Virus record (IMG/VR): IMGVR_UViG_3300023235_000012
Span: 64,001 to 128,000 of that record
Source of the DNA: a virus
Reading direction: 5' to 3' (one strand)
Length of the DNA stretch: 64,000 bases
The position numbers and the translations under genes were made by a program. The notes below the pieces were generated by a model. The model ran no database searches. It saw only the letters and a list, made by a program, of their open reading frames with translations, and was not told where the DNA came from. Below are positions 48,022 through 56,912 of this stretch, in pieces (within the stretch, counting starts at the first letter, position 1; each line of letters starts with the position of its first letter).

Positions 48022-49896
48022 TCATATGGCCATCCAAGCTTTTCTATCATCTGCTCTCTTACCGTCGAAAATCAAGTTTAGCGTTTCCTCTAGCTTGCCA
48101 TCATCTGTTAATAAAATCAAGCGGGGATTATCAATCGCGTGCTTCCAATTTTCCTTTCTCAACGTCCCTAATCCTTTTGCACGTCTAACCGTGGCTCCTT
48201 TCCAATCACTAGACTTGAACTGTTCATAATCGTTGCTATACCAATAATGTCTTTCTTTTCCTTTTTCAACGATGATAAATGGTGTCAAGAAAATATAAAA
48301 GAATGGATTTTTTTCATCAAAAAGTTCAGGCCAAAATCGATAGAAGAAGTTGGTCAAAAGAGCAGTGATGTTTGCACCATCTTGATCCATGTCACATGCG
48401 ATGTAGACCTTACCGTATCGTAGACCTTGTCTATTTGCTGGTTGTCCAATGACAAGTCCCAAGCTATTCATTATATCTGCTAGGGCCTTGGACTCGAGGA
48501 CTTTCTTGGGATTTTCTCCGTGAACGTTCATGACCTTTCCTCTAAGAGGAAGTCCACCGTGAAGTTTAGGGTTTCGAACGTTTGAAAAACCTGAGATAGC
48601 TGAATCGCCTTCTGCTAGCATCAAGATGCAATCAGTTCTGATACGACTCGTGGCATCCATAAGACTAGGTATCTTATTTCTAAGGTTTCTCTTCGCTTCT
48701 CTCGTTACATCCGCTTGATCTTTCTTTTGTGTACGAACCGCGGTACGTTCAAGGATTTCTTCCACCCATTTTTTGTTCTGTGAAATTACCTGCTTAAACA
48801 ATTCCTCTTGATCAAGTTGAGCTCTGATTGGTTTCTTCACTTCTTCATTGATCAATTTCGTTTTCGCCTGATTCCCAAAATAAGGAGCCTTCATCTGCGT
48901 TACACTAAAAATCAAAAGACCCTCGAGTAAATCAGAACGATTTGGGACCAGTTTTTGTCTCCGAGCAGGTTTCTCCAAGGCTTTAAGCATCTGATAGGTA
49001 AAAATTCGCTTGAACTCATCAACGTGCTCGCCACCATCAAAGGTTGGCACGTTGTTTACCAAGCTATGAACATGATCGCCTTGTTCCGTCACGTTCGGAA
49101 GAACATAAAAAACAGATTTGAAATCTTCTTGCTCGATAGTAAAGATGATCGGCTTCTGTGTTCCAAAAAGTGTCTTCTCTAAGCTTGCTTTTGCTTGTAC
49201 CTTCTTTCCATTAAAATAAATCTTCAGCTTCGGGTTTGCTGCTGCAATTTCAAGGAGACGGGATTCTAAAAACTCGATTGGCAAGGTGAGGTTTTTGAAC
49301 ACTTCTTCCGATGGTCGGAAGTGGATGAACGTCCCTGTTCTTGGACTACTGTTCTTTGAAATTTTTGGTTTGAAAATCTGAAGGGCATCATCTACCGCGT
49401 TTCCCTGTGTGAAACGCTGTGTGAATTTTTTTCCATCTCTGATAATTTCGACCTCAAAAAACTCTGAGCAATAATTTGCAATAGAAGCACCCACACCATT
49501 CATTCCGGCGCCGACTCTCATGCTATCATCAAAGTTTCTGCCTGCCCTCGCTTCAGAAAGGACCATCGTCGCGAGGTACTCTTTATGGGTCTTATCTTTT
49601 TCGATTGGTATACCACGACCGTTGTCTCGAACACTGAAGTCCATTTTTTCTTGATCGTAGGTTACGTCAAGGCGATCACCGTGTTTTTTTCCAATCAATT
49701 CATCCAATGCATTATCGATGATTTCTCTGACTGCTGTCAAAAGAGCAGGTACCCAAATCATCTCTTTTACCACTGCCTTTCCACCTTCGAACATTAAAAC
49801 AGTCTGTGCGTGGTTTGATCTGGACCCAAAATAAGTTTCTGTTCTCAACCTTGCGTGCTGATAGTCAGATAACTTCTTGATATCATCGTCTTTCAT
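48022..49896 (-). CDS. Topoisomerase II GyrB/gp39+60-like subunit
   Basis: EIIDNALDE, DNGRGIP, GMNGVG, EGDSA, PLRGK, DMDQDG, KGLG. Confidence 0.94.
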   Translation of the reverse strand: MKDDDIKKLSDYQHARLRTETYFGSRSNHAQTVLMFEGGKAVVKEMIWVPALLTAVREIIDNALDELIGKKHGDRLDVTYDQEKMDFSVRDNGRGIPIEKDKTHKEYLATMVLSEARAGRNFDDSMRVGAGMNGVGASIANYCSEFFEVEIIRDGKKFTQRFTQGNAVDDALQIFKPKISKNSSPRTGTFIHFRPSEEVFKNLTLPIEFLESRLLEIAAANPKLKIYFNGKKVQAKASLEKTLFGTQKPIIFTIEQEDFKSVFYVLPNVTEQGDHVHSLVNNVPTFDGGEHVDEFKRIFTYQMLKALEKPARRQKLVPNRSDLLEGLLIFSVTQMKAPYFGNQAKTKLINEEVKKPIRAQLDQEELFKQVISQNKKWVEEILERTAVRTQKKDQADVTREAKRNLRNKIPSLMDATSRIRTDCILMLAEGDSAISGFSNVRNPKLHGGLPLRGKVMNVHGENPKKVLESKALADIMNSLGLVIGQPANRQGLRYGKVYIACDMDQDGANITALLTNFFYRFWPELFDEKNPFFYIFLTPFIIVEKGKERHYWYSNDYEQFKSSDWKGATVRRAKGLGTLRKENWKHAIDNPRLILLTDDGKLEETLNLIFDGKRADDRKAWMAI

Positions 49897-49933
49897 GTTT
49901 GGTCTCTTTATAGTTGCCTATTATTTACACATA

Positions 49934-49967
49934 GAAATTCCGTGTTATTTTCATAACACGGAATTTC
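49934..49967. repeat. Perfect 15-bp inverted repeat upstream of topoisomerase
   Basis: GAAATTCCGTGTTAT-TTTC-ATAACACGGAATTTC. Confidence 0.85.
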
Positions 49968-49982
49968 ATTTAAGTCAATAAC

Positions 49983-50786
49983 TTACTTCGGACGTGTACA
50001 GTAATCACTTGGGAACGCTTCCGCACCCTGTATTGATCTCCGCTGTTTTTTGAGAAAAACATCAACACCGCGGGCCTTCAGACCTTTCAAGGTGTCGTAG
50101 TATATTACAACGTCTTCGACATGATCTCCCTTTTCAAACTCTTCTCGAACCGTGGAAAAGTTAGTGTCCTTTCCCCAACCAGTTCCGAGCTCTTTTGGTT
50201 GTTGTCGTGTATCGGCCATTGAAAAATTATCCGCTGGAGTAAGTACAAAGCTCGAAAAAGTTCCACTATCCGAACCACTTTCCCAATGAAATGGACTTTT
50301 CCTCCACAACGGCACATCATCAAATGGCAATGGAGGAAAATTCCAAGGTACTGGGTAATCAGGAACCTTTGGGATCTTTGGGATTATGATCGGTTGCTTT
50401 TCATCAAAGATTCTAACCCCAATCACACCGTTATTTTTATCACCATGACCCATCTTCTGTGCATAGCTTTCCTCTTTCTTCGAAAGACTGAAGTAGAATT
50501 TCGCAGCAGTCTGCTCATTCTGAAGCCAACCAGGAATAGAGATCGATTCAAACGCATCGATAATAAAACCTTTGGAGCTATCGCCTGCAAGCTCACCGTC
50601 GATGGTTGAAAGGCCATCCACCGAAGTAATACATAGCCTTCGTTTATTTGATCTATTCTTGATGGAGATCTCAAAATTAGAACCGTGTCTTCCTTCAATG
50701 AAGGTAAGGCCTTCGTGCTTAAATTCTTGGATACTATTTCCACGAACAAGGATTGTGATTTCTGAATTAACTGTCTTCATTATCAT
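49983..50786 (-). CDS. Hypothetical protein, vWA partner
   Basis: SVDGL, IPGW, GVIGVRIF, LGTGWG. Confidence 0.65.
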   Translation of the reverse strand: MIMKTVNSEITILVRGNSIQEFKHEGLTFIEGRHGSNFEISIKNRSNKRRLCITSVDGLSTIDGELAGDSSKGFIIDAFESISIPGWLQNEQTAAKFYFSLSKKEESYAQKMGHGDKNNGVIGVRIFDEKQPIIIPKIPKVPDYPVPWNFPPLPFDDVPLWRKSPFHWESGSDSGTFSSFVLTPADNFSMADTRQQPKELGTGWGKDTNFSTVREEFEKGDHVEDVVIYYDTLKGLKARGVDVFLKKQRRSIQGAEAFPSDYCTRPK

Positions 50787-51513
50787 CTTCTTTGAAAAAA
50801 ACTTCTGAGGAAGTATCGGCGAATGCTCTGGTTACATCTTCGACCGTTGCGTTGTAGTCCATGGTATCTAAGGTTTTAGTATATGCTGTTCGACGTTGAA
50901 CAGTGGAACCAGCCAACCTACTGAAAGCTGCGGCCATATTACCGGTGTCGTATGTTCTCATTTTTCCGACCTTAAATCCAAGACTGCCACCAATTGCTTC
51001 AGCGTTTTGATTTGCACCCATATAGGTTACAGTCCAACCATCGGCTTCGCATTCATCAATCATCTTTTTGATTGTTTCGGCGCGGTACTCCTTACTTGCA
51101 TTTTCACCACCATCGGTCATAATGACTACGACTGCAGTGTTGGTTCCTTTCTTCGCCGAAAGGCGTCGCTTGCTTTCGTTCAAGCTAATGCCGGTTGCAT
51201 CGTGCAGAGGAGTCATTCCACTCGGTTCAAAATCTTTCTGGGTGAGCGTTGGTACCTTTTCCAATTGAATATCAGTGAAGGTGTCTTCGAGGCGTGGCCC
51301 TTTTATATCGGTGTCGAATTGTGTCAAGGTGACAAAATACTTACCGTCTGTATCTGATCGGAGCGTATTGATGTATTCATTGAACCCATCAATGGTAGAT
51401 TGTCTGCAAGTTGTCATCGATCCAGATCGATCTAAAACGATATGAACATGAGTCTTGAGATTTTTCTTGGATTTTGTTGAATCAGATTGATTCACTTTGA
51501 AGTGTTTAGTCAT
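50767..51513 (-). CDS. von Willebrand factor A domain protein
   Basis: MIDAS DRSGSM, TPLHDA, TDGGENAS, YMGANQ. Confidence 0.88.
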   Translation of the reverse strand: MTKHFKVNQSDSTKSKKNLKTHVHIVLDRSGSMTTCRQSTIDGFNEYINTLRSDTDGKYFVTLTQFDTDIKGPRLEDTFTDIQLEKVPTLTQKDFEPSGMTPLHDATGISLNESKRRLSAKKGTNTAVVVIMTDGGENASKEYRAETIKKMIDECEADGWTVTYMGANQNAEAIGGSLGFKVGKMRTYDTGNMAAAFSRLAGSTVQRRTAYTKTLDTMDYNATVEDVTRAFADTSSEVFFKEDDNEDS

Positions 51514-51634
51514 TTTTCTCCTTTGATGGTCTTGTCTGCCTTGACGTCTTTCAAGGTCTTATCTGCCATCGAGTTTAGACAGAAAAATTACTGTCTATCC
51601 TTATTTATACAGAGTTTTTAGAAGAAAGTCAAAA

Positions 51635-51940
51635 TTATTCTGGAATCCATCCTATCTGAAGCATGGCTTCAATCAGATCCTCTAAGCAACGAGCTGAAAA
51701 AATTTCTTCTTCTAGTTTCGTGATTATCGTTTCAATCAATTCTTCTGAGAACGGATTAATTAATTCTTCGACTTTTTCTTTTGATAGAAAAAAGGATACT
51801 ACCTTTAAAGTAAGCCATAATTCTAAATTCAATTTTCGTGTGAAGTTTCCAGTGATTAAAAGAAAGCAGAGTTCGTTACGTTTATATAAAGGCACGCTTT
51901 TCAGATCTTTAATAATTTTTTTTAAGGTGACTTCGGTCAT
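51635..51940 (-). CDS. Hypothetical protein
   Basis: ORF with promoter TTGACA-17nt-TATATT at 51961-51989. Confidence 0.55.
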   Translation of the reverse strand: MTEVTLKKIIKDLKSVPLYKRNELCFLLITGNFTRKLNLELWLTLKVVSFFLSKEKVEELINPFSEELIETIITKLEEEIFSARCLEDLIEAMLQIGWIPE

Positions 51941-51995
51941 ATATTATTCCTTTCGAACATAATATAACACGATTTTGACGGGTTGTCAAGCGTTT

Positions 51996-52319
51996 TTAAT
52001 AATTTTCTGCTCTTGCGATTTTTTCACGTGATCGACCATGTGCTGCGAAACCTAAGATAGCACCAAACGAAAGATGGAATATGGCATTTCCTTCAGTTGT
52101 AAGTGGCTTCCATGCTTGATGATTAGCAAAACTGCTTAATGCGGCAATCTGAACAGAAGTGTCGTCAAGCTTCATCACTTGTTCGATAACTTCAGCTGGT
52201 GAGCTCTTCTCTGCAAAAATAATAGGCATGATGACAAAATCGGCTAGGCAGATTGTAAGATATATCGCCGCAGAAGCTGGTCTCCAAGCTCCTTTCCAAA
52301 TTGGTTCTTTCTCTGTCAT
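51996..52319 (-). CDS. Holin-like membrane protein
   Basis: WRP, two hydrophobic helices, FH..FGAILG, GR..EK; TAAATA upstream. Confidence 0.55.
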   Translation of the reverse strand: MTEKEPIWKGAWRPASAAIYLTICLADFVIMPIIFAEKSSPAEVIEQVMKLDDTSVQIAALSSFANHQAWKPLTTEGNAIFHLSFGAILGFAAHGRSREKIARAENY

Positions 52320-52361
52320 ACCGTTATTTATAAATAAAAGAAAACAGGAAGGAATTACTTT

Positions 52362-53411
52362 ATGAGAATTAAGGAAATTATTTCAGAAGAAACGGCGGCG
52401 AGCTTGAAAAGCAAGCTCGCCAAAGCAATCAAGGCTCTGCCTGATGATAACTCTTCTGTCAAGGCTCTACAGGAGATCGAGGATATTCTGCAGCACGTCA
52501 ACGCTGGTGGAAAGATTGGGATCATCAAAGGACACCTTCGTACGCTCGATGATCCTGAAGTTCAGAAGGCTCAGAAAGAATTGGCTAGGTACCTTCTTTC
52601 AATTGAAATGACCCAAACAGATCGGAAAGAACTTTTCACCGAATGGAAGAACGATAACATCGTGAGAAGAGAGATTTTGCTGAAACCTGGCAAAACCTCT
52701 AACTTCAGTGATATTTTTAATCTTTATGATACCAACCCTGCTGCTAGAGAATTTATCGAAGATGTGATGAACGTCTCGGCTTTGGGACAAGGGAAAGGTG
52801 AGTTTGGTCTCAGTGTCCTTAGTTCAAAAATCAACAAACAAGCAGGAAAAGGTGACCTCAATATTGATGGAAAGGGAATTGAGGTTAAAACTGAGGATGG
52901 CGGAGCCGGGAGATTTACTGATCAAGAAGTTCGTCCTGGGCCAGGATTTGAACAAGCCGCTCGAGATCTTGAAACTTTTGTTAGAGAAAATGGATTTAAA
53001 TTTTCACCGTCTGGATTGAACCTAAATGATTCAATACGACTTGGTCAATCTTTGGAAGGTGAAATAGAAAAAGAATATTTTGAACATATTGAAAAAGTGA
53101 TTTCCTTAATTTTTCATGGAACCGACATCAATCCTATTGTTCAAGCTATTCGTTCAGGTGATTCGGGTAGGGCAAAGCAAGCGTATGCACAATCTTCATT
53201 CAATTATTACTTTAATCAAAAGAAAGATGATTATGGAATTCTTTATATCAATTTACGAAAAAGCCCGATGGAATTCACGTTCTTTAGAAACACTGTTGAC
53301 TTAACTAAGGGTGGATTAAGACTGCACGCGAAGACAATCTATCTATCAAACGTGAAAGATCCAAGACTCAATTATCCTCAGATTAGTATCACTCCAACAT
53401 CTAGGAATTAA
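52362..53411 (+). CDS. PD-(D/E)XK nuclease-like protein, late-type
   Basis: GKGE, GDL.IDG..IEVK; TATAAATA at 52330. Confidence 0.65.
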   Translation: MRIKEIISEETAASLKSKLAKAIKALPDDNSSVKALQEIEDILQHVNAGGKIGIIKGHLRTLDDPEVQKAQKELARYLLSIEMTQTDRKELFTEWKNDNIVRREILLKPGKTSNFSDIFNLYDTNPAAREFIEDVMNVSALGQGKGEFGLSVLSSKINKQAGKGDLNIDGKGIEVKTEDGGAGRFTDQEVRPGPGFEQAARDLETFVRENGFKFSPSGLNLNDSIRLGQSLEGEIEKEYFEHIEKVISLIFHGTDINPIVQAIRSGDSGRAKQAYAQSSFNYYFNQKKDDYGILYINLRKSPMEFTFFRNTVDLTKGGLRLHAKTIYLSNVKDPRLNYPQISITPTSRN

Positions 53412-53952
53412 CTTTTACGTTAGTTTTCTTGATGGCGTTCATATACTCGACGATTTCATCAAACTCCCATGGAGTAAAATTATGAGTGTCAACCCCTACA
53501 TCTAAACGGAGTTTTCTGTTTCCGTTGTCCCATGTTTCTTCAGTATATTTTCCATGTGAATGGCCGTGTAGATGAAACGAATTATGGAAACTTTTATTCC
53601 ACGAACCTATCGGATAATGAAAAAGAATCAAATCATATCCTTGGTGCTTTAACTCAAAATATTGATGAACTTGGTTCCATTCGGACAATGAGCGAACGTT
53701 ATTGCGATCATGGTTTCCTGCAATTAAAATCTTTCTTCCATTAAGGGCTCGAAGGATTTCTTTCGTTACATTTATATCACGGTAGAATGCAAAGTCACCG
53801 ATATGATAAATCGTATCTTTGGGACTCACCACCTTGTTCCAATTTTCTATCATTGCCATATCCATGTCCGTGACAGAATCAAAAGGACGGGTGCAGAATC
53901 GTATAATCGATCGATGACCGAAATGATTGTCTGAGGTAAAATGTATTTTCAT
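53401..53952 (-). CDS. Calcineurin-like phosphoesterase
   Basis: FTSDNHFGH, IGDF, GNHD, HYP, HGHSH, DVGVD. Confidence 0.88.
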   Translation of the reverse strand: MKIHFTSDNHFGHRSIIRFCTRPFDSVTDMDMAMIENWNKVVSPKDTIYHIGDFAFYRDINVTKEILRALNGRKILIAGNHDRNNVRSLSEWNQVHQYFELKHQGYDLILFHYPIGSWNKSFHNSFHLHGHSHGKYTEETWDNGNRKLRLDVGVDTHNFTPWEFDEIVEYMNAIKKTNVKVNS

Positions 53953-53966
53953 AATAAATTATAACA

Positions 53967-55343
53967 TCAACTCCAATGATGGTCAAATTCTTTCTGAATA
54001 AATGGATACATCTCTAATCCATTTCTTTTGACGATTTTGTAAAACTCTTTAATGATGAATTTCGCCCTTGGATGTTTCTTTACCAATTCCCAGATCTTAT
54101 CGAAGTGCTTGAGATCATCTGGGTTTGTTCCTTTACCGAACATTAATTCAGCCGCTTGTTTGGGATCTTGAATGGTTTCATATTCTTGATCATTAAGGTC
54201 TGGATGTTCCCATTTTTCCATATCTCTGACACCAGTGAGGTTTCCAGTGTATGGAACTTTCTTTCCTTTCTTTTTCTGCTGGAATTGCTTGATCATCCCC
54301 CGGCCCCTACCATACTCGTAACCTACTCTTGCTACGATATCACCGTTATCATCGAGTTTCAGATTTCCTGTGTTTTGGATGATAGCTTGTATCAAATTTC
54401 CTCTATGGGCACCAGAAACCTTGGAAGGAACTCCGCCCATCGCCCATTTCAACCATTTAGCATCTCCAGTGATGAAATCGACCTGTACTCTATTAGGTTC
54501 TTCACCAACGATAGGGATAGCTGCTTTTGCTAACTTCTTTACGTGCTGGAACTGAACGTTATCTTCGCCTAGAGATTTCATCAGATTATTGTAGAGATCG
54601 TCTAGATTGGTGTCTGGAGGGACAATGACATCAATATCACCCGAAACTGGTTTTAATCCTGCAGATCCAAGCATGTGATTCTTTAACCATTCAAACGGGA
54701 TCCCGCTGAATTTTGCCACATTCTTCAACGTAGGTACAATATTTTCTTTCTTGATTCCAGTCGTTCCAGGGAAGGCCATGCCACCTTCGTTGAGGTCTCT
54801 TTTGTTTTCAAAATAGATAAAATAATCTACTGTTGCGTCATCTTTGATCTGATTTACTGTTTCTTTTGATTTTTCTACTGTTCTTTCTATTTTGTATTCT
54901 TGTTCAGGTGGAATTCCTCTCCCACCCGAAGAAATTCGATCTGCATTTTGTTTTAGAGCTTGTTCTAATGAGACATCAACATAAAAAAGAACAGTGGTAA
55001 ATCCACGTTTCTTTGCTGCTTCAAATCCTTTCAGGATAGGTCCTGGATTCTGTCCCACTTGATGTCGGACAAATGATTGACCTCTCAGAATAAATTCTGC
55101 TTGTCTTCGTTCTGCTTCTGCACGAGATTTTCCAGTCAATTTAGAATCAAATTCACCTAGTGATAATTCTTGATTGATTAGATCAGTATCAATTGATTTT
55201 AATTTCCCAAGAAATTGATCTTGTACCCATGATTTACCGGCTCCTATTGGTCCCGCCATCATAATAAAAACAGGCCCTTCAATCTTTTTTATTTCATGTG
55301 GAGAAATTTTCTTTGATTCTACAAGCAACTCTTTAATCAACAT
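53967..55343 (-). CDS. P-loop kinase (Zeta/PNK-like) fused to Pol-beta nucleotidyltransferase
   Basis: AGPIGAGKS, N..R...GGR; LGSAG...SGDIDV, VQVDF; likely start MLIKELL. Confidence 0.75.
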   Translation of the reverse strand: MLIKELLVESKKISPHEIKKIEGPVFIMMAGPIGAGKSWVQDQFLGKLKSIDTDLINQELSLGEFDSKLTGKSRAEAERRQAEFILRGQSFVRHQVGQNPGPILKGFEAAKKRGFTTVLFYVDVSLEQALKQNADRISSGGRGIPPEQEYKIERTVEKSKETVNQIKDDATVDYFIYFENKRDLNEGGMAFPGTTGIKKENIVPTLKNVAKFSGIPFEWLKNHMLGSAGLKPVSGDIDVIVPPDTNLDDLYNNLMKSLGEDNVQFQHVKKLAKAAIPIVGEEPNRVQVDFITGDAKWLKWAMGGVPSKVSGAHRGNLIQAIIQNTGNLKLDDNGDIVARVGYEYGRGRGMIKQFQQKKKGKKVPYTGNLTGVRDMEKWEHPDLNDQEYETIQDPKQAAELMFGKGTNPDDLKHFDKIWELVKKHPRAKFIIKEFYKIVKRNGLEMYPFIQKEFDHHWS

Positions 55344-56910
55344 ATTTCTGAAGCTCCTTGAAGAATTTATGAACACCCGGCGGGGTCAATTTCTTAAACT
55401 CCTCTTCATTTTCAGATTCTATTGCTTGGAATGTCCTAGTGGCAGAAACATTTTCTGCCGAATCCATATCTCGCTTAACTTCGATGACCTCTACGTTCGG
55501 TGATCTCTTCAATTGATCCTTATAAGCATCTACTCGATCAGATCCAGCAATGACTGCGTTGATCATTCTTTTTGATTTGTTAAGAGCTGTCAAAATATTT
55601 CCAGTGCTGACTTCCATAACATCAACTCCAGGAAAAACTGATTGTACCATCTTTTTTCTCAATTCAAATGGTACTTTAGTATCTTTTCCAGTGACCAATG
55701 CTACCACAACATTATTTGCTACATCTAATCCTTGTTGAATGGCACCAGCGTGTGCTGTTGTCAATACTCTCATTTTTCCAATAAACAGAGCATTCTTATT
55801 TTCCGGCATCGATCTGACCACCAATTCTCGACCAGTCAAATAAACATCGTCTTGGATTTGATGTTGATCTTTTTTTGGATGGTCAGGAAGAATGTCCTCA
55901 TCAGCTTTATAAACTACCGCACTAAATTGTTTAAGTTTTTGGTTTATTGATCCATCTTTAAGTTTTCCAGCTATTTTCTTAGCGAGAGAATTTACTTCTG
56001 CCCAATATTGATTTTCTTGTTCTTCATCATCCGCTTTCCACTTCATCTTCTTCTGCATGCGAACTTCTTTATCATGCTGATCAGTCTGTAGGATCTTGAA
56101 GAAGTTTCCATCATCGCTTAATAAGACTACTCCTTCTTCTTTACCGCCGAATGGGGATTGAACAGATCGGAACATTTCTTTGATAGCCTCAAATGTTTGA
56201 AGCCAATCCTGGAAGTCCATTTGATCCTTATGTTGTTCATAAGCATTTAATAGTTCTTCTGATTCAATTCCTTTTCTAATCTCAGAATGACTATTAAGCT
56301 TTCCTTTGAATATTTGAGGTGGTGTCATCATAGATAGCGCTGCTGCGTATTCATCAACCCGGTCTTGATTGAATCCTTGTGGAGCGGTTCGGATCATCCC
56401 ACCTTCTATCACTGCTTTCGAAGGAGCGTAAGCCAGAAGGACCATTGCATGATATTTTTCATAGTCTCTAGTGGTCGTCGGCTTGTTCATAATAAACTCA
56501 ACGAACATCTCTGTCTCTTCTGGAATCATCTTGAGATTTTTATGATTTTCTTCCAGATGATCATGAACCAAAGCGTATTGGCTAACAGAAGTCGATTTTG
56601 TCTTGATCTTTTCTCGATCAATGGTTTCAAAATCCTCTGGGAACATGATCCGGTTCTTATAAGCTACTACCCAGTTTTTACTGTAGTCATTTGGATCATA
56701 AGGTTGATTGTTTCTCCAAAGTGTTAATTTTACGCCATCGAATTTTTGTGTGACGGTGACGTCTAATGACAATAATTTTTGGATTTTTGCAGGAACAGGA
56801 TTTTTCTTAGAGTCAGCAACTGCCTTGTCGACATTGGTGATACTTATGTCCAACATGTCGCCGCCGGCTTCTCTAAGCTGCAGGCTCTCTGTTAATTCTC
56901 TAATCTTCAT
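55333..56910 (-). CDS. RNA-ligase-like domain fused to HIGH-family nucleotidyltransferase
   Basis: TQKFDG, EEGVVL, FFKI; FIGK...T.AH, AGSDR, SAT. Confidence 0.7.
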   Translation of the reverse strand: MKIRELTESLQLREAGGDMLDISITNVDKAVADSKKNPVPAKIQKLLSLDVTVTQKFDGVKLTLWRNNQPYDPNDYSKNWVVAYKNRIMFPEDFETIDREKIKTKSTSVSQYALVHDHLEENHKNLKMIPEETEMFVEFIMNKPTTTRDYEKYHAMVLLAYAPSKAVIEGGMIRTAPQGFNQDRVDEYAAALSMMTPPQIFKGKLNSHSEIRKGIESEELLNAYEQHKDQMDFQDWLQTFEAIKEMFRSVQSPFGGKEEGVVLLSDDGNFFKILQTDQHDKEVRMQKKMKWKADDEEQENQYWAEVNSLAKKIAGKLKDGSINQKLKQFSAVVYKADEDILPDHPKKDQHQIQDDVYLTGRELVVRSMPENKNALFIGKMRVLTTAHAGAIQQGLDVANNVVVALVTGKDTKVPFELRKKMVQSVFPGVDVMEVSTGNILTALNKSKRMINAVIAGSDRVDAYKDQLKRSPNVEVIEVKRDMDSAENVSATRTFQAIESENEEEFKKLTPPGVHKFFKELQKYVD

Positions 56911-56912
56911 TC

